Positions 33,039 through 40,000 of a stretch of DNA of 40,000 bases are shown here, piece by piece. This DNA is from Roseivirga sp. (GTDB taxonomy: Bacteria > Bacteroidota > Bacteroidia > Cytophagales > Cyclobacteriaceae): NCBI GenBank assembly GCA_021404565.1, contig JAAWWF010000001.1, forward strand, positions 317,613 to 357,612, given 5' to 3'. The notes below the pieces were generated by a model. It did not search any database, was not told where the DNA came from, and was given only the letters and a program-made list of their open reading frames with translations. The first letter of the stretch is position 1; each line of letters opens with the position of its first letter. A program made the translations under genes and the position numbers.

Positions 33039-34118
33039 TTACTTAGGTACCAGGCGATAGATCATCAGGGCCAGTACTGTGAAAATGATATTGGGTAACC
33101 AGATCACCAACACGGCATTTTCTACACCTGCCAGTGCGATACTGCGCGTGGTCATGAATAGTATGATGAAGATAAAAGCAAGCAAAAAGCCCAGGGCCAA
33201 CTGAAACCCTACGCCTCCTCTCGTTTTCTTTGACGAAAGCGTCACCCCGATAAAGGTGAGAATCAGGGCTGTGAAGGGAGACATAAAGCGCACCAGTCGC
33301 TCTATTTCAAAGATGGGAATATGATCTGCACCTTTTAGTTCCAAATCGCTGATATGCTGACCCAGTTCGTCCAGGTTCAGCGTTTCTTGCATGTTCTTAG
33401 TGCTGGAGAAGTCGTCAGGAGTCATATTGAGATGAAGCACAGTATCTTTGTTTGGCTCATAAACATAGCTTTCATTAAAGCCATTGATCGTTCTTAAACT
33501 CCAACCTTTCAGCCGCCAGACCAATTCCACACTGTCCCATTGAATGTTCTCAGCCGCCAATTTCCAGCGGAGTACTTCATCCTCAATCTCTTCAAGAGTA
33601 AAACCCCTGCCGGTTTTTCGCTTGATATTGAACACATTTACATAGGCATAACGCGTAGGAGCCACTTTTATATGGACGTTCTTTTCGCTCTTTTTTGAGC
33701 CCGTGTTAAAATAGTTGGCTTCAAAAAGGATGCGCGATTTATTGGCATCAGGGATTACCCATCCGGTCAGAAAAAAGCTGATCAGGGCAATGACCACAGC
33801 TCCCAATAAAAAAGGACGTAGAAAACGAGTATAACTGATCCCACTACTCAGAATAGCCACTATTTCGGTATGAGATGCCAGACGAGAGGTCACAAAAGTA
33901 GCAGCTATATATACCGTAATGGGCGTGATGACATTCGCTACATAAGGAGAGTAGTTCAGGAAATAGCCAATGATTTGAGCGGTCGTCAGGTTGTTTTCAA
34001 TAAAGCTACCATTGCGCTCAGAGTAGGTAATGATAAGTACAACCGATACCATGATGAGCACTACGAAGAAAAAAGTGATCAGAAATTTCCTTAGAATATA
34101 CCGGTCCAGCAGCTTCAT
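33039..34118 (-). CDS. LptF/LptG family (YjgP/YjgQ) permease, paralog B
   Basis: 359 aa. N-terminal LDRYILRKFL, six predicted hydrophobic segments and a central soluble domain. Confidence 0.85.
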   Translation of the reverse strand: MKLLDRYILRKFLITFFFVVLIMVSVVLIITYSERNGSFIENNLTTAQIIGYFLNYSPYVANVITPITVYIAATFVTSRLASHTEIVAILSSGISYTRFLRPFLLGAVVIALISFFLTGWVIPDANKSRILFEANYFNTGSKKSEKNVHIKVAPTRYAYVNVFNIKRKTGRGFTLEEIEDEVLRWKLAAENIQWDSVELVWRLKGWSLRTINGFNESYVYEPNKDTVLHLNMTPDDFSSTKNMQETLNLDELGQHISDLELKGADHIPIFEIERLVRFMSPFTALILTFIGVTLSSKKTRGGVGFQLALGFLLAFIFIILFMTTRSIALAGVENAVLVIWLPNIIFTVLALMIYRLVPK

Positions 34119-34193
34119 AACAGCTCATTACAAGCAATTTGCAAGCCTTATTGTCTGTTCAATTGTTAAATAATGTGAAGTAAGCCCGGTGTT

Positions 34194-35117
34194 TTAGAGG
34201 CCAGCCTGATTGATCCGTTCTGCCCTCTTTCTCATGCGCCTGTTGATGACCGGATAAAGGAATACAGCGAGCAGAATGATGAAAGTACCCAGGTAAAAAC
34301 CGGAGCTCATCTCTTCAGATTCACCAAAAATGGCCAGGGCCATGAGAATTCCATATACCGGCTCCAGGTTGATGGTGAGGTTTACTGTGAAGGCTGAAAT
34401 GCGCTTCATCAGCTCAACCGCATCTGAATAAGCATACACCGTACACACTGCGGCCAGAATAAAAATATACAGCAAGTCTTCAGCTGTCGGAACCCTCACC
34501 TGGAAGGCCTCTCCAAGAAAAACAGGCTCATAGAAGACGGTAAACAGGGCTACAGCACCAAAGGCACCGACCATTTCATAGAAGGTGATCATATAGGGGT
34601 TATACTTTTTGGCAATCCCCGCATTGAGTACAGAGAAAATGGCAGCCAGCAGTGCTGAGATAATTCCCAACGTGAGTCCAAGTGCATTGTCAAACTCGAA
34701 TTGAAAGACTATGTATAAGCCCAAGATCACCACCAGCCCAATCCCAACTTCGAAAATGCGCACCTTCCGGGAATTAAACAGGGGTTCTGCCAGACTGGTC
34801 CAGAAAGTCACCGTGGCCAATCCGGCAAGAGACACAGAAACATTCGCTACCCTGGCGGCCTCGAAGAACAGTACCCAATGAGCCCCAATCAAGGTTCCGG
34901 TTCCCAGGGTTCTAAGGATTCCTGCCCTGCCAATATTAAAGGCCCGTTTTCTGAATTTGAGCAATAAGGCCAGGCCAATGGCCGCCAGCAGGGTTCGGTA
35001 AAATACCACTTCAGCAGTGGGCATTTCTATCAGCTTGGCCAGGATGGCAGCAAAACCCCAGATGAAAACAATCAAATGTAGCTTGAGATAATCTTTGAAA
35101 CTGGCCGCCTCCGTCAT
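34194..35117 (-). CDS. EamA/DMT family transporter
   Basis: 307-aa, roughly ten-helix hydrophobic protein with a duplicated EamA-like architecture. Its start overlaps the upstream gene's stop (ATGA). Confidence 0.8.
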   Translation of the reverse strand: MTEAASFKDYLKLHLIVFIWGFAAILAKLIEMPTAEVVFYRTLLAAIGLALLLKFRKRAFNIGRAGILRTLGTGTLIGAHWVLFFEAARVANVSVSLAGLATVTFWTSLAEPLFNSRKVRIFEVGIGLVVILGLYIVFQFEFDNALGLTLGIISALLAAIFSVLNAGIAKKYNPYMITFYEMVGAFGAVALFTVFYEPVFLGEAFQVRVPTAEDLLYIFILAAVCTVYAYSDAVELMKRISAFTVNLTINLEPVYGILMALAIFGESEEMSSGFYLGTFIILLAVFLYPVINRRMRKRAERINQAGL

Positions 35118-36193
35118 TTAGGCACAAAACGATAGATCACAAAGGCCAGCACCGTAAATATCATATTCGGGAGCCATACCGCAAATATGGGGTTCATAGA
35201 CCCTGCCTCCGCAATACTCTTAGTGGCAATAAAGAGCAAGATAAAAATGAAGGCCAACAGGAAGCCCAGGGCAATCTGAAAACCAACCCCTCCTCTGGTC
35301 TTTTTAGAAGATAGTATGACGCCTATAAAAGTGAGAATGATGGCCGTAAACGGAGACATAAACCGTATCAGCTTTTCTATCTCATAAACCGGGATATTAT
35401 CAGCCCCCTTCAGCTGCAAATCGGCAATATAGTCATCCAGTTCATTCAGTGTAAGGGTTTGCTCCAGGCTCTTGGTATTACCAAAATCCTTCGGACTCAT
35501 ATTAATATGAATGACAGTGTCCTTAATATTCTCATACACATAGTCTTCCCCAAAATCATTGACTGTCCGAAGATCCCAATCAGTCAATCTCCAGGCCACT
35601 TCTGCAGTGTCCCATTTAATCCTGGCCGCAGAGAGTTTCCAGATCAGTTTTTTATCCTGAATTTCTTCCAGCGTAAACTTATAACCCTGATCGTTACGCG
35701 AATTATAGGAATTCAGGTAAGCATAGGTTGTTGGGCTAACCTTAAAGTGTACATCGCGCTCCTTATAGTTGAATTCCTTGTCAAAATACCGGATTTCGAA
35801 GGCCACCCTGTACTTATTGGCATTGGGTATAACCCAACCTGTTAGAAAAAAGCTGGCAATGGCAATAATGCTGGCCCCGATCAGAAAAGGTCTTAGAAAA
35901 CGAGGATAACTCACCCCTCCACTCAGTATGGCGACAATTTCGGTATGTCCGGCCATCTTAGAAGTAACGAAAGTAGCCGCAATAAACACCGTAATCGGGG
36001 TGATCATGTTGGCGATATAAGGGGCGTAATTGAGGAAGTACCTGACGATCAGCTTGGCCGGAATGTCATTTTTGATAAAGCTTTCATTCCTCTCAGAAAA
36101 AGTGATGATCAAAACAATAGACACCAGTATCAGCACCACAAACATGAAAGTGGTCAGGAACTTCTTCAGTATATACCAGTCTATTATCCTCAT
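35114..36193 (-). CDS. LptF/LptG family (YjgP/YjgQ) permease, paralog A
   Basis: 359 aa, collinear with 33039-34118. It lies immediately downstream of tgt. Confidence 0.85.
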   Translation of the reverse strand: MRIIDWYILKKFLTTFMFVVLILVSIVLIITFSERNESFIKNDIPAKLIVRYFLNYAPYIANMITPITVFIAATFVTSKMAGHTEIVAILSGGVSYPRFLRPFLIGASIIAIASFFLTGWVIPNANKYRVAFEIRYFDKEFNYKERDVHFKVSPTTYAYLNSYNSRNDQGYKFTLEEIQDKKLIWKLSAARIKWDTAEVAWRLTDWDLRTVNDFGEDYVYENIKDTVIHINMSPKDFGNTKSLEQTLTLNELDDYIADLQLKGADNIPVYEIEKLIRFMSPFTAIILTFIGVILSSKKTRGGVGFQIALGFLLAFIFILLFIATKSIAEAGSMNPIFAVWLPNMIFTVLAFVIYRFVPK

Positions 36194-36195
36194 TA

Positions 36196-37326
36196 TCAGA
36201 GCCTCACGGTCACTTTCTTCACCATTTTATTTTTCCAGCTGGTAAAGTCACCTGCTAAAATATGCTTTCTCGCCTCCTTCATCAACCAGAGGTAGAAGCT
36301 AAGGTTATGGATACTGGCAATTTGCGCGCCTAAAATTTCCTTGCTGGTAATTAAATGGCGCAAATAGGCCTTGGAATAGAAACTGCTTACATAACCTTCC
36401 AGATTGGGATCGATCGGACTATGTTCATTTTTCCATTTCTCGTTACGCATGTTCAAAATACCCTCGCTGGTAAAAAGCATCCCATTACGAGCATTACGGG
36501 TTGGCATGACACAATCAAACATATCCACTCCCAGGGCCATACACTCCAGCAGGTTTTCGGGAGTTCCAACCCCCATCAGATAACGCGGCTTATCAGCTGG
36601 TAATATATCGCACACCACCTCAGTCTGCTCGTACATCATCTCGTGAGGCTCGCCTACAGAAAGCCCGCCAATGGCATTCCCCTCTCTTTCGAACGAAGCA
36701 ATGGTTTCGGCCGACTGGACTCGCAAATCTTTGAAGGTGCTGCCTTGTACAATCGGGAAGAGTGTTTGACTATAGCCGTACTTTCCTTCTGTCGCATCAA
36801 ATCGGTCGCAGCAGCGCTTGAGCCAGCGATGGGTCATTTCCATGCTCTCTCTTGCATAGCCAAACTCGCAAGGATAAGGCGTACACTCATCGAAAGCCAT
36901 GATGATGTCCGCTCCGATAGTGCGCTGAATGTCCATTACTCCCTCGGGTGTAAATACATGCTTAGAACCGTCTATATGCGATTTGAAGGTAACCCCTTCC
37001 TCTTTGATCTTTCGGGTGCCAGACAGGGAATAGACCTGATAACCACCGCTATCAGTCAATATAGGCTTGTCCCAACCATTGAACTTGTGCAGACCTCCGG
37101 CCGTTTCTATCACCTCAAGCCCAGGCCGCAGGTACAGGTGGTAGGTATTACCCAAAATAATCTGCGCCTTAATATCTTCTTTCAGCTCGCGCTGATGTAC
37201 AGCTTTCACCGACCCTGCGGTTCCTACAGGCATAAAAATGGGCGTTTCAATCTCCCCATGATCAGTCTTCACTACCCCGGCCCTTGCCTTTGATCCACTA
37301 TCCTTTGCCAGTAATTTAAAATCCAT
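36196..37326 (-). CDS. tgt: tRNA-guanine transglycosylase (queuine tRNA-ribosyltransferase)
   Basis: Recognisable throughout: ETPIFMPVGT, LTDSGGYQV, GLSVGEP, C..PTRNARNG. The preferred start is ATG 37326 (MDFKLLAK) rather than the track's 37347. Confidence 0.95.
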   Translation of the reverse strand: MDFKLLAKDSGSKARAGVVKTDHGEIETPIFMPVGTAGSVKAVHQRELKEDIKAQIILGNTYHLYLRPGLEVIETAGGLHKFNGWDKPILTDSGGYQVYSLSGTRKIKEEGVTFKSHIDGSKHVFTPEGVMDIQRTIGADIIMAFDECTPYPCEFGYARESMEMTHRWLKRCCDRFDATEGKYGYSQTLFPIVQGSTFKDLRVQSAETIASFEREGNAIGGLSVGEPHEMMYEQTEVVCDILPADKPRYLMGVGTPENLLECMALGVDMFDCVMPTRNARNGMLFTSEGILNMRNEKWKNEHSPIDPNLEGYVSSFYSKAYLRHLITSKEILGAQIASIHNLSFYLWLMKEARKHILAGDFTSWKNKMVKKVTVRL

Positions 37327-37396
37327 GCCTGCTCTTTGATCGCACAAAAATAGTACTAATCGGTAATTCTTAATTCCTTATTTTTCGAATCGTCCC

Positions 37397-38506
37397 ATGT
37401 CAGATCCAGAAAACTTCCTTACCATCATTTTTATGACCTCGCTGTTCATTCAACTGATGTATCACTGGCGTGTATTTCAAAAACTACCTCTTGCCACCAT
37501 CAACTCTCCTCAGACTAATCCTCAGCCAGTATCTGTACTCATTGCAGCACGAAACGAGGAGGAAAATCTTCCAAGACTTTTAAAGGCCCTGAAGCAACAA
37601 AAATATCCGTTTTATGAAGTAATTGTGATCAACGACCGGTCCGATGATGGTACTGCCACAGTTCTCGAAGAATTCAGCAAGCACTTTTCAAAACTCAAAA
37701 CCATCAGTATTACTGAGGTTCCTGATGACTGGACAGGCAAAAAGAATGCGATCAAACAAGGAATAGATGCTTCAAGCCACGAGCTACTATTGTTTACAGA
37801 TGCGGATTGTTACCCAAAATCGGAAAGCTGGATCGCTGAAATGACAAGTAATTTCGAGTCAGGTATAGATATTGTACTTGGCTTTTCTCCATACAGAGAG
37901 GCCCCTACAGTTCTTAATCAGTTCATCCGTTTTGAAACTCTGCATACAGGCCTCCTTTACCTGTCTCACGCCCTGGCCGGAAGACCTTATATGGGTGTAG
38001 GGCGTAATATGGCTTATCGCAAAGCACTTTTCGAAAAAGCAGGTTTTGCCGGTGATGAGAAGTACACTGGCGGAGATGATGATATTTTCGTCAATAGACA
38101 TGCCAATAAGAAGAACGCGAAAGTGGTGTTATCTGAGGACAGCCAAATGGTATCTATTCCTGAAATCAGTTGGGCGGCTTATCTCAAACAGAAAATACGA
38201 CACTTATCAGTCGGTAAGCGCTATCATAAAAAAGACAAAACGAGTTTGGCCAATTTTTCGTTAGCTACGCTAGTTGGTTGGATACTCTTTATTTATCTGC
38301 TCCTGGTAGTTGAAAATAAGGCTTTGATTTTGGTTCCTTTCGCGGTCAGGAGCTGGTCATTTTATAGTATATTTACCCGCTCAGGTCAAAAACTTAAGGT
38401 AAAGCTAGCATATTGGGCACTACCCTTATTTGATTTGTGTTATACGATTAGTTATCCGGTAGTAGGATTGATTGCGCTGACAGCTAAAAGAATTAAATGG
38501 AGTTAG
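37397..38506 (+). CDS. family 2 glycosyltransferase, membrane-bound
   Basis: VSVLIAARNEEENLPRLL..L..Q.YP.YEVIVINDRSDDGT and the FTDADC motif. Flanked by N- and C-terminal TM segments. Confidence 0.85.
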   Translation: MSDPENFLTIIFMTSLFIQLMYHWRVFQKLPLATINSPQTNPQPVSVLIAARNEEENLPRLLKALKQQKYPFYEVIVINDRSDDGTATVLEEFSKHFSKLKTISITEVPDDWTGKKNAIKQGIDASSHELLLFTDADCYPKSESWIAEMTSNFESGIDIVLGFSPYREAPTVLNQFIRFETLHTGLLYLSHALAGRPYMGVGRNMAYRKALFEKAGFAGDEKYTGGDDDIFVNRHANKKNAKVVLSEDSQMVSIPEISWAAYLKQKIRHLSVGKRYHKKDKTSLANFSLATLVGWILFIYLLLVVENKALILVPFAVRSWSFYSIFTRSGQKLKVKLAYWALPLFDLCYTISYPVVGLIALTAKRIKWS

Positions 38507-39105
38507 GAAAGCAGTTTTCAGACAAAGCATTAGAAGACTTTAAATTAATAGACAGAGCGGTAGAAGGAAAAGATCAGCATGCTTTTGCAGAGTTGATGAA
38601 AAGGTATAAGAATCCTGTCTATCACATGATTCTGAAAATGGTCCGTAACGTTGATGATGCAGAAGATTTGACGATCGAAGCATTTGCCAAGGCCTTCAAG
38701 AATCTTCATAAATTCAAAAAAGATTTTACATTCAGCACCTGGCTTTTCAGGATTGCCACCAACAATACCATCGATTTTATCAGAAAGAAAAGGCTCGATA
38801 CTATGAGTCTGAATACTTCCTTCAAAGATGATAATGGCGAAGCCGTAACCATAGATGTACAGGATCGGAACCTGAACCCTCAGGAAGAAGCAATTAAAGC
38901 TCAGAAAATCGAGCTGGTACAAATGTTTGTAACCAAACTACCAGCCAAATACCAGCGCCTCGTCAGACTTCGCTACTTCGATGAACTTAGCTATGACGAA
39001 ATCGCCAAGGAGCTGGAGGCACCTCTGGGTACCGTAAAAGCTCAGCTTCACAGGGCCCGTGAGCTGATGTACGACCTGGTAAAGGGCAAGAAAGAGCACA
39101 TCTAA
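38497..39105 (+). CDS. sigma-70 family (ECF-type) RNA polymerase sigma factor
   Basis: Region 2 DAEDLTIEAFAKAFKNL..F......FSTWLFRIATNNTIDFIRKKR. Region 4 RLVRLRYFDELSYDEIAKELEAPLGTVKAQLHRAREL. Confidence 0.9.
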   Translation: MELGKQFSDKALEDFKLIDRAVEGKDQHAFAELMKRYKNPVYHMILKMVRNVDDAEDLTIEAFAKAFKNLHKFKKDFTFSTWLFRIATNNTIDFIRKKRLDTMSLNTSFKDDNGEAVTIDVQDRNLNPQEEAIKAQKIELVQMFVTKLPAKYQRLVRLRYFDELSYDEIAKELEAPLGTVKAQLHRARELMYDLVKGKKEHI

Positions 39106-39222
39106 TTTGGGAATTGGACTATTGGGAATTGGTCTTCTTTTATAAGCGAGACCTTACGCTAATTAGCCTGATTTAGTTCACTTCCGATTATTTCACCAGA
39201 GAAATCTTCGCATCTTTGCGGC

Positions 39223-39849
39223 ATGGATACCATCCTCAAATACTTCCCTGATCTTTCAGAGCAACAGATTGCACAATTCAGTCAGCTGGGTGAGCTATAC
39301 GGCTACTGGAATGAGCGAATCAATGTGGTTTCAAGAAAAGACATTGAGAACCTCTATGAAAAACACGTGCTGCATTCACTTGCCATTGCTAAGGTACATC
39401 GCTTCGGGCCAGAGTCAGAAATACTGGATGTAGGCACCGGAGGTGGTTTCCCGGGTATCCCATTGGCCATCCTGTTTCCCGACTGCAAGTTTCATTTGGT
39501 AGACTCCATTGGCAAAAAGATCAAAGTAGTAAATGAAGTAGCAAAGGCCATTGGGCTGGAAAATGTAAAAGCGCAGCAAATCAGGGCGGAAGAGATCAAA
39601 GGCAGCTATGACTTTATCATCTCCCGGGCCGTATCCAGGCTTTCTGTCTTCTATCCCTGGATCAGAAGAAAGATCAAACCCGGCCGTCAGTTCAGACTAA
39701 AAAACGGGCTGCTTTATCTGAAAGGCGGAGATTTAAAGGCAGAGATCAAAGAGTCCGGACTTCAAAGAGTAAGGACCTTCCACATTTCAGATTTCTTTCA
39801 GGGAGAGTTTTTCGAGACCAAACAGGTAGTATACGTACCCGGTCAGTGA
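39223..39849 (+). CDS. rsmG: 16S rRNA (guanine527-N7)-methyltransferase
   Basis: 208 aa with the SAM motif LDVGTGGGFPGIPLAI and an RsmG-like N-terminus (W N.RINVVS). Confidence 0.9.
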   Translation: MDTILKYFPDLSEQQIAQFSQLGELYGYWNERINVVSRKDIENLYEKHVLHSLAIAKVHRFGPESEILDVGTGGGFPGIPLAILFPDCKFHLVDSIGKKIKVVNEVAKAIGLENVKAQQIRAEEIKGSYDFIISRAVSRLSVFYPWIRRKIKPGRQFRLKNGLLYLKGGDLKAEIKESGLQRVRTFHISDFFQGEFFETKQVVYVPGQ

Positions 39850-40000
39850 TCCCGCTTATCGAATGTTTCTTCTGGCCGTGGTTTTGCTGTAAACACCAGG
39901 ATACAGTAGACTCCCAGGGCAGTACCCACAGGGAAATTCAACAGGCTGATAATACCAAAGACCATTGACGGTACGTTGGCCCATTTCTTACCCATGGTAA
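39843..40000 (-). CDS. small hydrophobic protein, either 50 aa from ATG 39995 or the C-terminus of a longer protein starting beyond the window
   Basis: Hand translation gives ..TMGKKWANVPSMVFGIISLLNFPVGTALGVYCILVFTAKPRPEETFDKRDH*. It is convergent with rsmG and overlaps it by 7 nt. Not in the supplied track. Confidence 0.3.
   Translation of the reverse strand, partial: TMGKKWANVPSMVFGIISLLNFPVGTALGVYCILVFTAKPRPEETFDKRDH

Overview
The window reads as a chromosomal segment from a Bacteroidota genome of the Cytophagia or Flavobacteriia type. This placement is an inference from gene content: TonB-dependent receptor with DUF4249 partners, DUF4252 with an ECF sigma factor, a FISUMP lipoprotein, and tgt next to LptF/LptG-type permeases. 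Most of the window is ordinary housekeeping: accA, an AI-2E transporter, apbE, a TAT-exported Gfo/Idh/MocA oxidoreductase, fabI, ispE, a two-subunit molybdopterin oxidoreductase, tgt, rsmG, sigma factors and ABC transporter genes. The exception is about 5155-14215, an AT-richer island that I read as an integron-like gene-cassette array. A short XerD-like tyrosine recombinase on the minus strand lacks the IntI-type extra segment. It faces about nine mostly co-oriented cassettes, most of them short and seemingly promoterless. The cassettes are separated by attC-like sites. Five cassettes begin, after a conserved (A)AAC(C)-G|TT junction, with a cassette-specific box. That box is the exact reverse complement of the xxxxAAC box at the cassette's own 3' end (GTTGGCA/TGCCAAC, GTTAGTG/CACTAAC, GTTACCA/TGGTAAC, GTTATGA/TCATAAC, TTATAAG/CTTATAA). 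This is the relationship expected if cassettes move as circles carrying one palindromic site. Three sites belong to a homogeneous repeat family of about 170-180 bp. Cargo includes orphan toxin-immunity-type genes (barstar, SUKH/SMI1-KNR4), small secreted or membrane proteins, a YCII plus sigma-factor pair, a PhnB-like VOC protein, an inverted FISUMP lipoprotein gene and a DNA alkylation repair gene. The closest described analogue I know is the recombinase-associated orphan-immunity arrays (rAID-1) of gut Bacteroidales. Homology to those cannot be established here. Secondary items are listed below.
- A tRNA-like acceptor/T-arm mimic inside cassette 1.
- A 15-bp perfect inverted repeat bracketing the recombinase start.
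- An internal copy of the attI-like arm.
- A signal-peptide TNT-domain (NADase toxin-like) protein with no recognisable immunity gene.
- A 125-bp long hairpin element between fabI and ispE.
- A four-gene TonB-dependent receptor, DUF4249 x2, MG2/Plug operon.
- A pair of roughly 70% identical LptF/LptG-type permeases flanking an EamA transporter.
No rRNA, canonical tRNA, CRISPR array or transposase was seen.
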